Source: Ruditapes philippinarum (Eukaryota). Taken from it: a stretch of 64,000 nt of DNA. Below, piece after piece: positions 13,257-26,533 of the stretch. Location: assembly GCF_026571515.1 (NCBI RefSeq), contig NW_026863245.1:1-64000 (forward strand), written 5' to 3'. Numbering within the stretch: position 1 is the stretch's first letter; each line of letters begins with the position of its first letter. The position numbers were made by a program, and so were the translations under genes. The notes under the pieces are model-generated. The model saw only the letters and a list, made by a program, of their open reading frames with translations. It ran no database searches and was not told the origin of the DNA.

Positions 13257-15246
13257 TACTGTTTAGTAAGTTTTAATACATTTAGAAATGAATAAACTTC
13301 CTTGATTCCTTGCTTTCTTAATAACGGTAAATGGAATTGCTTGAAAATTGCTTGAACAAAAAGGCATTGCATTAGATTATCAGATATCATTTAATTTAGC
13401 TTAAACCTTTAAATCAAATGACTTTACTACAATTGATTGTTTGGTCCACACAGATGAATGCGTTTGTCGTTTAATTTACTAAATGTAGTATATGATTTTG
13501 TTATTCATACCACACTGAAATAAGATACTTAAACGTTTGTTAAGATCGATGGCAAACAATTTTTTTCATTTTACAAATAAATATAAATATTATATATATT
13601 GGTAGATATTTAATATGTAAAATGAAACAATGAAGGAAACTCAAATGTCCATGTTAAATGCAAACGCAATATTCTATTTATCTATTTAACTTTATTAATT
13701 TTGTTCACAACGAAATTATACTAAACAGAGATCATTGTTGAATATGTGCGTTTAACAAATTAATTTATAATCATATTAAATATATATTATTTAATTTTAG
13801 TTTATATCAGTCAATAAACATATTTTACACTATAATTCATAGTTTGGAAGGGAAATATATTACGTCTTTCAATCTTTTTGTCGTCATAACCCTAAATTAT
13901 AAAGAATTATAAATACAGTTGATATATGAATAGCATAAACTAAATTAATACAATTTTTGTTGATTTATTGTTCCTGGTAGGGTTCTCTGTAATAGCTTCA
14001 AGAATGCAGGGATGGATATATGTATTAGTTTCGCGTCATTGGCTCATGGCCACAATGAGACGTGTATTCTTTATTAAGACAATGATTCAATGCTTATTTT
14101 AGTACTCTTATGAAATTTACAAAAGTCCTTAAAATTCGGTAAACGTGTGACTATATAAGCTGAAATTGATTTTATTGCGCAGTTCGACCAGCCTGGCATG
14201 ATCGGCTAAAGGAAAAGCTATTTAAAACAGTCAGTCGGAGTACAAAGTTTTAAACTTAAACCATAATGTAACCAACTAGTAGCTAATATTTTTTATGTAT
14301 CATACTATCATTTGTTTACAGTGGCCGGATTTACTGGTAAGATTTTTATATTTAAAGAAAAACAATGTATGCGATTCAATGATTTTATACACTCAATTAC
14401 GTATCTTCAATGCTTGAGTTTTTAAAGGTACCTTTTGAAATTTGAGAAATATCCTAAATTGTATTGTCTTGTACTATAAATTATCAACGTTCATTTGACA
14501 ATATATGTAAAACTTTCAAATGTTTTCTGTAATATTCGTAATGTGCAGGCATTTACTAGCAAAAATATGTATGTACATTTATTTTTGGTCAAAGAAATAT
14601 ATATACGTAGATCTTTATAGCTCANNNNNNNNNNNNNNNNNNNNNNNNNNNNNNNNNNNNNNNNNNNNNNNNNNNNNNNNNNNNNNNNNNNNNNNNNNNN
14701 NNNNNNNNNNNNNNNNNNNNNNNNNNNNNNNNNNNNNNNNNNNNNNNNNNNNNNNNNNNNGCAAGAAGGAAAGCTATTTAGCTATAAGCTATGCTCTTAA
14801 TTGGGTCTTGATGTTCTTTTCAGTGTATTAAATTTTGTAATGGGTATCCTTCCCTAAGTGTGCTAGCAATTCAAAGAAATGACTTTTCAACTATTGTTTG
14901 TTTGTTGAGAAAATCAAAAAATCATATGAAATAAGCCTTAGATAAATGCAATTTGTTATATAGTGTTTCCTCTCAGGACGTCGTGTCACTCTAAATTTAA
15001 CATTTTGTTCGATACTTTTGGATATTTACATGTATCACACACCCGTGCCGATTTTACGACTACGTAAATATGGTATTGCACGGCCGTGCATATATTTTGA
15101 CGTGACGTCATTAGCGTTATGTAATCATAGTGTAAAGACGCGCTAAATGTTAGCGTTCTACTATAAGCGCGTCAATGGAAAATGACTCTTATTTCACTTT
15201 AAACGGTCTTTATTTTGGGTATGTGATAAAAAGAATATTACATTCG

Positions 15247-15380
15247 TGTAAGTTCATTACTGAATTATTGCACTCGTTGAATAAAATAATATTATGCTCG
15301 CCAGAGGCTCGCATAATATAATTTTATTCAACTCGTGCAATAAATTCAGTAATGAACTTACACTCATTCAATATCCTCTA
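15247..15380. repeat. Hairpin-ended dispersed repeat (unclassified); relatives at 58668-58800 (inverted) and a tail fragment near 26980-27001
   Basis: Inverted arms taagttcattactgaatt...ttatgc / gcataa...aattcagtaatgaactta followed by ctcattcaatatcctcta. The reverse complement tagaggatattgaatga starts the copy at 58668. Confidence 0.65.
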
Positions 15381-15689
15381 ATTATTATATACCTTTTATC
15401 AATTCAAATGTGAACATATGAAAAATGTTAACGCCGTATTCCGGACGCTTTGGTGACGGCATTTTCAAAAGAAAATAGACGTTGCAACTATAAAGCATTG
15501 ACGTGAATATTGAGTATGACATTGTCGGGTTTTACATCCCTTTTCGGCAAATTTAAGATTAGATCTTAAAGGTTTTACCATTCACAGGTCAAGGTCACGC
15601 TCGGTCACTTATTAATTTAATAATTTCAAAACGTTGTGTCTGCTCTGTATCTTTCGAAACGATAGAGAGAAAGTAAAACTTTTTGGCAG

Positions 15690-16330
15690 AAAGTTTTTTT
15701 TGTAATGACACGGTGTACATGACAAAATTGACCACGCCCGGTGATATAGACATGTTTAAAACACATTAAGTTTCATTGTATGAATTTACAATGTCTAAAA
15801 CTTTGATATTTAGCATGTTGCATTGCCTTATTGACCTTATAAAACTGATATGAATAATGCCCTTTGGTTCAATATTAGCCCCGACTCGCCCCGTCACTTG
15901 ATTTATAAATACTAATATAGGAAGCACATCTGAAACTTATTTTGTGAAACTACAATGCCAAGAGCTAATACATTTAGCATGTAGCATTACCTTGTGAACG
16001 TCTACAAAATTGACATAAATCATGCCACTGGAATCAAAATAGGTCCGCTCCGGGTCACTTGATTATAGGAAAACACACTAAAGTCTTATTATGTGAAACT
16101 AAGATATTTGGCATGTACAGTGATGTAGCATCAGTTTATAGATTTCTACAACATTTATATCAATCATGACCCACAGGTTAAAATTGTTACTGCCCCGGAT
16201 TTCGCTTGCTTTAACTAGACTTTTGTTATAACATTGCCTAGAAGACCTCTATAAAAGCTGTATGAATCATGCACTTAGGGAGAAAAATGCCTCCACCTTG
16301 GAGGTCATATAGTATCTTAAGGATAATTAA
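15690..16330 (-). repeat. Degenerate satellite-bearing (Helentron/HINE-type) element, reverse orientation
   Basis: About 4 decayed ~170-bp units, each with atatttagcatg(t)agcatt...ttgacc...gtcacttgatt. Confidence 0.5.
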
Positions 16331-16494
16331 GATAAAACATTTTTCAGACAAGTTTCTTGATTGGGTCTCTACCATTAATAACATATTATTTTTGATTTCT
16401 CAAACAAATTTACATTTGGACGTATACTGTCCCGCTTTGCGATGCTCTTGTTATTCAATGGCTTCTTTATGTTGTCTTCTTATCTTAGGAGGCG

Positions 16495-19400
16495 ATGAAT
16501 GCAAACGAAAAATACCAAGCAAATTTTAGAAGTTTAACACCGTCCTCTCTAGAAAAGGAGAGGTCATTTACAAATATAAGTAGAGCGCCTGAAGATGGAA
16601 CAGCAGAGGTAAAACCAGCTGCATCACCAAATTTAAAGAATGTTGTGGTGGCGTTAATTGTAGTAGTGGTAATAGCTGTTGGATGTATAGCGGCGTTGGT
16701 AGTTGTATTAACAACAAAAGATGATGGCGAAGGCGACCACACAACAGGTTCAAAAATAGAATAATTACACGAATCTATTTTAACGTGTCCCTTTTATGTT
16801 TTATGTTCAGTTGTAAATATTTAAACTAATTTGGCAAGCAAATATATTAATAACCACTCAAACAAAATAAGTTTTCGCACTTTTCATATCTCTTAACTTT
16901 GAAAGCCTTCAAGATATGAAATCAAATAATTTTCATAAATATTTCAGTACCACCAAGAACAACAACAACTGATCATATGACAACGACAATTTCAATACCT
17001 ACAAATCATCAAACAACATCAATAGCATCAACATCTTCCCAGACAACAACAGGTACATACTATCTTTATATTATTCTTAAGTTACAATATCTTATGAACT
17101 TATTAGGCAAACCCTACACCTACCAAGATATATTAAACTTCTAAATACTTTTTTTCTTTTTTGAACATTAATTTAAGGAACCATTGATGGAATATGGTCG
17201 ACATGGGGAGATTGGACAAAATGTACATCAACGTGCGATTCTGGAATTCATAAAAGATACCGAAGGTGTGAAGGACAAGACTCAAATCAATGTCTTGGAG
17301 ATTTCACTGAGACAGAAGTCTGTGTCGAAATGTCATGCCCAGGTATTTTATAGATTTGTAAAATGTATCCCTGAACTGACGGTACATATATTAAAGTTTT
17401 GCCCACGTATGATTCAATGTTATAAAGTTGCAATGGTTGATAAAATAACCAATGCAAATATTTTAAAACATGTATTGCATACATATTGTTATTTACTCAA
17501 CTTTTATTTTTTGTAGTTCAAATATAAACTCTTCTTTGGTGTTACCATGTTGATGTTACAATCATATTCATACATTTCAATCATTTTAAAGCTTTAATGG
17601 TATGTGTTTTATAACAATATTTACAATAACAATATTATAAAAACTTATAATTTCGAGTAAGGTAACAAAAACAATTAGACACAAGTCTTAAGGTATTCTT
17701 TGTTTTCGGATGTAAATATATTTGCAGAGTATGGCAAATGGACAACATGGGGCCCATGGGAAAGTTGTGGTGTTTCATGTGGAGGAGGATTTCAATCAAG
17801 AACACGATCTTGTTCCAAGGCAGAATCTTCTGATATTGATTGCATTGGCACAAGCTTCCAGGAAAAGACATGCAACGAATGGAAATGTCCAGGCTAGTTT
17901 TATCTTATTGTCATTTCAAGGTTTCTTTGTTTTATTATTTATCTAGTATTGTTTTTTTCTATATATCAAATGATTAAAATTATTGGACAAGAAACGGAAT
18001 ATAGATGTCTTTCTCAATTCTAAATATATATTAGATAGATTGGTGAAATATTTTACATATATACGAGTTAAATAATAAAAGTAACTTCATTGGAATTGAA
18101 ATAAAGTTTTGATAAAAATAAAGGAATTATCGTAGATAATACTGCAATATAATCTCATCTAAAATGTTAGACTGCAGCAGAGTGTGTGATGTAGGAGTTC
18201 TCGATGACGACTGTGACATTTGCTTTTGCGATGGAGAAGTTGTCTCTGGAAGGGTACTAGCAGTCGATACCAGCAACCCGGTTAGCAATGCTGTTTTCTA
18301 CTGGAGTTCCTCACCGACAAAAAATCTTGGTGAAAGCAGCTCAACTGGTCTTTTCACACTCGAAAATATGTGCCCTGAATCTGAACTAATCGTGTCAAGA
18401 CCAGGTTTTGTGGATGCAGCTGTTCTGGTTACTACTTCCTATTTGTTAGTTAATATGTCAAAGACAGGTAATATGAATTCTTATTTATTGATGTTTTAAT
18501 AATAAATATAAATGGCAAAACAATTAAAGAAATGTCAAGTAGATTAAGGACAAACTATGGGCAAGAGGATCTTGAGGGTATATAAAAATTGTGGTAATTC
18601 TGATAGAACGGTTCAAACATGGTTTTAAAAAAGCCGCTTTAATTGTTTGTTGATTCGCTATGTTTAAAGCTACATTAAATAAATATGTTAAAATATTTTG
18701 CCGTCGGCCTAAAAACCAAGCATTCTACAGTTTCATTAACCTTTTTAACAGTATCGTTGTAAATCTCATCAAATATTGTTCATAAATTAGGTTTTTAAAT
18801 GGAAAACCCCACGGTAACACTAAAGTTCGTATACGAATTTTAACATGCAAATGAAGACTATAATCAGCTCGTGTATGCGCTACGTCACGGTGTTATAGTT
18901 GCTATCCGGAACACAGCAAGATTTTCTTGTGCAAACACACTTTTACCTTTTAAGCTAAGCCTTCACGGTGCACTAGGCCTGTTGTTCAGAAAAAATAATC
19001 ATCTCACAAAAAGATTAAATTTGTATGAAAATATCCGTTACCATGCGGAAATATACCGTTAAATTATGTTTGTTGATTTAATATTGATGTACGGGTGATC
19101 TGAAGGCGGAGTTTCTCATGAAAACAGAAATTGTACTTCCGAATTCGCCACAATGAGGTTGCACATTTGTATGCTCATTAAACTCATTTTGGTTGCCTGG
19201 ACACCAAAATAAGATCTGGAGTCGATATGAAACCCAATTTATTAATGAAATGTCGCTATTTCTTTTTCATGAAATTTTTTTTTAATGTAACTTTAACATG
19301 TTTTTTTTGTAGTAATAAAATAAACTTATGAAGTATCTGTTTGTTGCAGTTTCACCCTACTTGACAAAGACTCCGCAATCAAAGAACAGATTAGTAGGGG

Positions 19401-22400
19401 AAGATGTGACTTTGTGCTGTGACGCAGTTGCTAGTCCACCAATTAATTATTATGAATGGTAATGGACAGATAATAATTATATTCATACATTTTGTATTTC
19501 TAAAACTACAAAGGCTTTAACAAAGTGAAACATATATGTATATATTTTTGTCAAGTTCAAACTTGCTACATAATTATGAATCAATAATATGAAATGAAAT
19601 GCGCTTTTCAATGTCGTACTAAATTAAAAACAGTGTATCACAATTTTAATAGGATGAAGGATGGATTAATTATAGAGGAAACCTTATACGCAGAGGGAAA
19701 TCAACTGAAATTGTTCAGCTTATCAACGACTGATAGTGGAAGCTACAAGTGCAGAGCCAATACCAATGCAGGGGCTATTATGTCTCCGACCGCAACGTTG
19801 AATGTCAAAGGTAGACTATCTTAAAAGGATCGTTCCTATTGAGTATTAAGTTCAAAAAGTTAAAAGTTATATGGCTATAAATTGGTCGGTTGATGCAATA
19901 TGTTGTTGTAAATTTACAGAAAGAGACTTTTCTGGTCAGTATCTATAAAAAATAAAGAATGGAGCAAATTTGATTTGTTATACTTGTTATCATGATCAAA
20001 AACATATTTCAAAACCCTTTATTTAATTAAGAGTTCATTATCATTATAGAATTGCTACAGGAATAAATATTGATCACCCTCGCGACTGACTTCATTGTTT
20101 TAAGGGTTAATGATTGAATAATGATAAGTGAGATGAAAGAAGGCGTCAGCTATTTAACACGTTTTGTAGCCACATAGAAATGGATAAAACAAAGAAAGTC
20201 TGAGTGTTTCAATTATCTTTTATATTGTAATCGCTAGCTCTTGCTTAAATTCTCTCCAATTATAGAATCTTAATTTAAAGTAAAAAAGTAAACACTGTTT
20301 CTTTTCACAGAAATATCAAATGATTTTTGTATCGACGCTTTGCAACAAAAGACTATAGCGCTCCCCGATGACTGTGTGCAACCAAGGACAAATACGGCAA
20401 CGTATAATGTTGGTGAGTGTATATCGAAAGGTTGCAGAGAAAATACAACCTCTGAAAGCAATGTGTGCCATGAAGACATAACATCATGTTGTACAATAGG
20501 TGATGCTGATCTCGAAAAGGTCCAATGTTCAGATTATGAACTCGATGTTATTGTAATACGATCTTGTAGCTGTGGAGCTTGTGCCTCGACCTCCCTAACC
20601 GTTTTTGGAACAGCACTTGGATTGGAGGATGGATCCCCACTAAGATACGGCGAAGTCTTTGTAAATGGTGTATACAAAACCTTTACAAGTAACACCGGTA
20701 CCTTTAGTTTTGTAGCAACTAAGGATTCTCCGAGAATAACTTTAAACTTGAGAGATGTTTATCTTAAACAATTTCTTCCAGCTGTCAAGGTAATTGAAAT
20801 AAACGACAAAATGAATGGAAACCTACGGGTGAAAATTAATATGATCAGAACAGTTAAACCGATTGAGATTGAATCGACAACGGAAAACACTTTAATTGCA
20901 GGAGCATCTGCCTCCAAGCCCATTGTCCAAGTTTCAATACCAGCAAACGCATTTTACTATCAAAACGGTACTAAGTTTGAAGGAACTGTACAAGCTAGTT
21001 TTGCTTTTGTTGATCCAACAAATATATCGACTTTCAACAATATTCCAGGTTCATTCGAAATTGTCAATCAAGAAGGAGAAAGGGCTGAACTTGCTTCACA
21101 GGCAATATTTAATCTCTTTTTTGAAGACTTATCTGGAAATCCGTTAATTTTAGATGACGTTATCGATTTGTATCTTCCATTAGAATCAGGAGAAAACGTT
21201 CAGGACAGAGATGTCAAACTTTGGAGACTTAACACTAAGACTGGAATTTGGGAGTACATAACCCAAGGACCAGGAAAGAGAAGACGAAAAAGGCAAGAAT
21301 CAGCACGGTGGATCGGCGAAATAGACTGGTCAATTATCTCTGGTAACGAATGGCTTAATTACGATTATGTTTATGATATAACCGATAACCCATGTTATTT
21401 CAAAATCAGACTTTTTCAAGATGAAACAATGTATTCATCCATTGTGAATCCTGAAAAACAAATAGAAGTAACATATCATATTCTTAGAGACAATAAAACA
21501 ACTTTAAGAACAATCAGCGATTATATTTATTACCCTGAAAGTGATTGTGTAATAGGTATATGTGAAAACGAAACTGCATATATTACGCTTCATTACTACG
21601 GAAGAAAAGGTTACGATGTTTTATTTGCTGGTAAACCTGAACTAGGCCAAAGTAATCAATATTTTGAATTGATGGATAATAATAAAACACTAAAGCTACA
21701 AATGTCGTCCAAAAGCATTGGACCATTTTATGATGGATATTCACGATGTAGCGCAACAGGAAAAGACGAAAACCACCTGAGATATCATTATGGGGAAACG
21801 TCTGAAGTTTTTACATATAATAAATTTTTTTCTCCTACCCAAGGAAATATAGAAAATCAAATATTAATAAGTCAAAGAACCTGGTTTCCAAAACGGCAAG
21901 AGGGCTATAGAGTTTGTTTTGTAAAGGTTCGAATTTTAGTCGAAATAGAATATTTATCCCCTGGTCAGTTTATTAAGTTAAGAGCAACGAGTAAAGGTGG
22001 AACAAATGAAAATACTCACAACTTTACATTCGGAATACGAGAATACAAGATCCAGAATCTAACAGACATATCACTTTGCGTAGAATATAAATGCAGTGGA
22101 ACAATAGACCCTGTATTTCAGGAAATGGATGATTTCACAAAAATAGAATTAAAACTTTTTTATCCAGAAAGTGAAATGACAAGCAGCGTTACACAAGAAG
22201 CAGATTTTTTGACCGATTTCCAAAGTTTGCCAAACGTCGCCCAGATTGGAAGAACAGATGGAATTTATGAAATTTACGCACCGACAGTGTATACTCCAGA
22301 TCTTGGATTATATTCAGCAACTTCTGATCAATTAGATATAGAAAGTGCTACAAACACAGCTGAAGGTGAATGTATATCTGGAACACCGCAAAACCTAGAT

Positions 22401-22448
22401 GATCAAAACCCGGATTTGGGCGTTGCAGTTTATTTCTCTCTCAACTGA
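16495..22448 (+). CDS. CILP: CILP-like protein, paralog B, 1129 aa, 8 coding exons (TM + Thr stalk + 2xTSP1 + CarboxypepD_reg-like + Ig + furin site + CILP C-terminal region)
   Basis: Exons 16495-16747, 16948-17052, 17178-17342, 17728-17892 (GC donor), 18171-18467, 19350-19458, 19653-19810, 20311-22448. They sum to 3390 nt with consistent phases and no internal stop. TSP1 WxxWxxW-C motifs, Ig motifs (VTLCCDA...YEW...DSGSYKCRA), KRRRKR, and WFPK...VCFVKVRI...SKGGTN...CVEYKCSG match the vertebrate CILP1/2 layout as I recall it. Confidence 0.88.
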
Positions 22449-22548
22449 ATATGAAGCTTTTCTTTCTTTATAATAAGTTGTTTGTTTACACAGACGACAA
22501 TGGACCGTTGAATTTGTTTCAAAATGCTAGTTATTACACAATATTTCA

Positions 22549-22554
22549 AATAAA
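22549..22554 (+). terminator. Candidate polyadenylation signal AATAAA of CILP-like B
   Basis: AATAAA ~100 nt downstream of the TGA at 22448. Confidence 0.5.
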
Positions 22555-22634
22555 ACAAGTTAAATGTTGATGCTGCACATCAAAGACGCCGCAAAATGGT
22601 GTGAACAGTCAATCAGCATTGAAAAAATCAGCGA

Positions 22635-22899
22635 CACGGGCTACCTCTCTTCATTTGAATTTTTATATCACAGGTACCCTCTCATTTTTGAACACATAGG
22701 TACCCTGAAAGCACGACATATGCTTTTATTTGCGTTAATCGTTAAGTATGTATGTAATATTTCTTACTTTTATGAAAATATTACATACTTAGCGATTAAC
22801 GCACATAAAAGCATATGTCGTGCTTTGAGGGTACCTATGTGTTCAAAAATGAGAGGGTACATGTGATATAAAAATTCAAATGAAGAGAGGTAGCCCGTG
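22635..22899. mobile_element. Near-perfect 265-bp palindrome (foldback MITE-like)
   Basis: cacgggctacctctcttcatttgaattttt... mirrored by ...aaaaattcaaatgaagagaggtagcccgtg, centre ~22767. The mirrored ORFs in the track share GYLSSFEFLYH. No TSD seen. Confidence 0.85.
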
Positions 22900-24889
22900 C
22901 TGCTGCAAAACCGAAAGTAGGGTGTTTTTATGAATTTTACATTTATTTTTAACAATATATTGCCATTTGTCCGGAGATAATATGTATATGAACATATTAA
23001 ATATGTATGATGCATAAATAATCAAGCCACAGGTTCATTTCAGCCCGAAAAATACGTCGACATGTCGATTTTTTGTAGCTTATTGTGAAGTTGCAGTACA
23101 TGAAAATCGGGCACATGACAAATCAGCACATAAATAAAACATTCTAGTGTTCCGGGGTATAAATCTTTTCTTCGTGTCATACCTCATTCTTTATTACAAT
23201 GAAATTTTACTGGATTGTTATCCATCGCTGGTTTGTTTTTAGCAGAGATGTTCAAAGAGGGCACCGTTTGAGCAGATTTCGCAAAGAGGGTACCGATATG
23301 GATATGCACCGTGGGTATGTTTCCGAGACATTTTTAAAACAAGAATCTCATTTGCAATACCTCACAACAACGGAATTTCACATTAGTTATTTTTGTTCAC
23401 TAAGTAATTTACTTTTTTAGTTTATATGTAGTTAATTAATAAAATTGTCAATAATTAAGTGTTTTTGAAGGCCTTCGTCACAACACTATTTTGAACGAAA
23501 CGGTTATCTTCAAATAACTGTAAAATATAAGATAATAATTTAATTATCTGCTTTTTAATAACATTTATGATAAAACTCTGAATATAAAAATACGAAAATC
23601 TTAGGATAAATGAAATGATATTTTGTGTATTTGTAATAGTTACATCCTTCATTTGCCGTTACTGTCATTATATTCAATTTGACATTTGGTGTCATTTAGT
23701 TTGTCTAATGGACTTATTTTACTTTTAAAATAGCAGTTTAATTAATATATATAACATACTTTTAGTTAAAGTAAGAAGCTTAAAGAACGCACACAACAAA
23801 ACTAAAATGTTGCATGCAGGATCGGTTTGATTGACCTTGATCATTGATGGTAGTGTTGAATGCAATCTTCCGTCCATACCACCTAGCACAAGCTTATTAA
23901 GCAGAACCAATATTTGAAGAAGGCTATAATTATTTGATACAAATTTGTGGGGTTTTTATCTATAAATCATCTAAGAGAATTAGAGAAATAGCGTACCACA
24001 CAAAGCTTTGTAAAATAAATGACGTCTATGATATATCTTGATAATGAATACAAACAGTGTCGTACAAAAACTGTCTGCAAAAGAAGTATGCCCGTATTGG
24101 TAAAGTTAAACGTATATTAAATGTAAATGCATCGTTTGCAAATATTATATAATATATAGGTCAATAAAAATTAGACAAACGCAGTGCATCTGTACTAAAT
24201 CAATTTGTCTGCTGTAAGGTAAAATATGTTTTTCTTAAACTGGTTTAAAATAGTAAAAAGGCCCACAGGAGCACATCGAATTCCGCTAGAGGTGTTACTT
24301 TTGAATTCTTACAGAACCTTACATGGCTGCTTACTTGATTTCATTAAGTATTTTTCTTATACCTGCACACCAACTTTTATAAATCATACATAACGAAGCA
24401 AAGCACGGAGGCTGATAAAGGTTCCAAATCCTTTGAGGGCATCTCGTAATGTCAACATATGAACGCATGTTAAAACGTTTGACCAAGTTGAATCCTTCAA
24501 TAACATATAAGCCGTATAATCTCGATGATAGTACAAAACCCGCACTACGGAAGCTATGCTGAATAATTCCAGTGCATTTATGTTGTACCACTATACATTT
24601 TGCGTGCAGAACTTTTAACATATTTAAAAAGATCATTACATAACAGGAATAGTTCCTAGTTAACTAACCAGTAATTAAAATTTTCTGCGAACGTACAGAC
24701 TACTAATTAAACACGTTTTTTGAATAAGCGAAAAAAGGGAATAGTAGACTGAACTGTTACGGAGAAATTGCACAGCAGACGACCAAACCAGCGAGCCCCG
24801 GATTACTAATCCGATGATCTTCCCATTGAACTAAGTGGGTTGATTATCTCTATTAGTTTTTCTTTACTTATTGGTTACTATAATGATGT

Positions 24890-25200
24890 GAGCTCCACTG
24901 AGGTCAGAAAGCCTAAAAAATCATATGGAAATACTCACATAGATAACGATGAAACACTACATTGGGGATAATTGAATAATATACTCAGACAAAAATTGAA
25001 TACTTTTTTGTGTCCGATTTCAGAGTTGCAACGCTTTTAGAGGTTTGCCCATTGCGTAATAAAAATGAATATATTGCAACAACTGGATAAGGAAATCATC
25101 TTAAAGTTTGCACCGAGACCTATATCAAATGCTACTCATAACTCGGAAAAATATTTCCAGTCCCGTCATGTCAAAAAAAAACTTAGTTGAGTCCCTTTAT
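24890..25200. mobile_element. Degenerate second copy of the 1390-1745 MITE family
   Basis: ctccactgaggtcagaaagcctaaaa at the left and gtcaaaaaaaaacttagttgagtccctttat at the right resemble the two ends of the 1390-1745 element. Confidence 0.6.
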
Positions 25201-25819
25201 TAGTAAATACAATTCAAGATTGCTAATTGAGAATAATTTGTATGTACGTACGTTTGTTACCTTAACTAAGGCCTGTGTAATGTAATATTAACCTATTTTC
25301 ATGTACTTATGCTATGCCACCCTCTAACAGTATTGTTCTGCTTTAGATTATCGTGCAGAATCTTTCACAATGGGGAATATCTTTATGCATAAACCAATTA
25401 CACCATAAATACCATAACATATTATGACTCCACATTCATGAATAATAACATGTTTATAAATTAACAAAATACGAAATGAGTACTTAAGGATATATCTACA
25501 ATGCATTGTATTTCATTTATGAATAAATAAAAACAACATTGAATCAGTTTTGCACTCATTATAAATTCTATGTATTTTATTTTAATGTATACATAAAAAC
25601 AAAAATAATACAATTCTTGTACAATCTTTATACCCTGCACTACATAATCTTAACATTGAATAGTGTTGCATATTTTAAAAAGCCATGCAACTTTTTTTTA
25701 ACATACTCAGTATTGACATAATATATTCATATTGTACATTTTTAAACAAAATACCAACTCTTATATGTACGCCACACTACATATTATTTTACAATGTATA
25801 TTGTATTATGTTATATATA

Positions 25820-26055
25820 CGGTGGCATAGGGGAACATCAAAATATTTTATCTATCATGTGCACACGCAATAGCTACTACGTGCGCACGCGATCGCCCCT
25901 ACCTTGGTCAATCATTACGTGCGCACGTAAAAGCTATCGCATGCGCACGTAATAGCTTGTACGTGCGCACTTAGTAGCTATCGCGTATGCACGTGGTAGC
26001 TTTCGCGTGCGCACGTGGTTGATAAAATATTTCTGATGGCCCCTTTTTGCCACCG
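25820..26055. mobile_element. TA-flanked MITE with internal GTGCGCAC palindromic repeats
   Basis: TA|cggtggca...aaatattttatc ... gataaaatattt...tgccaccg|TA; repeated acgtgcgcacg units inside. Confidence 0.75.
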
Positions 26056-26321
26056 TATACATATCATATAAAGAATACTAAATTTAAAACTTATCATCTT
26101 TTATATTCTATGCAATCATGAAAATTGAAGTATAGTGTTAACAATTAATTAACATTTTGTCGTTGAACTGGTGATAAAAATATAATTAACTTTGATTAAA
26201 CTTATTACCAATTAGCATTCAGTTAATATAATGCTAAAACAGTAATATTTGTGTTATTTGTTTGTTATAATATACAAATATAGGTATCAAATGATATTAA
26301 GTAGTTAAGTATATATATAAG

Positions 26322-26327
26322 TTTATT
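26322..26327 (-). terminator. Candidate polyadenylation signal AATAAA of CYP4
   Basis: tttatt on the plus strand, ~207 nt downstream of the stop codon. Confidence 0.4.
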
Positions 26328-26533
26328 GAATATAAAAAAGCATCTTTAACCGCAAATTTGATTTCAACACACATCTTGCAACAGATTAAATCATTTTCTT
26401 TTCTTTTTTTCAACATTTCACAGACTTTCACAGCAAATTATACAAAAAAGAAAACAATTTTCTTTTCGTGTATTTTCGTTTAACAACCAATAATCTTTCT
26501 ACATGTTCTAAATACAGCAAATTAACGGCATGC

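Noticed and set aside
16485-16742. Thr-rich minus-strand ORF
   Set aside because: Antisense shadow of the Val-rich TM exon of CILP-like B.
22564-23015. Two overlapping opposite-strand ORFs with shared peptide
   Set aside because: Produced by the 265-bp palindrome.
24331-24636. 101-aa ORF between CILP-B and CYP4
   Set aside because: No recognisable motif and no supporting neighbouring exons; cannot be supported without a search.
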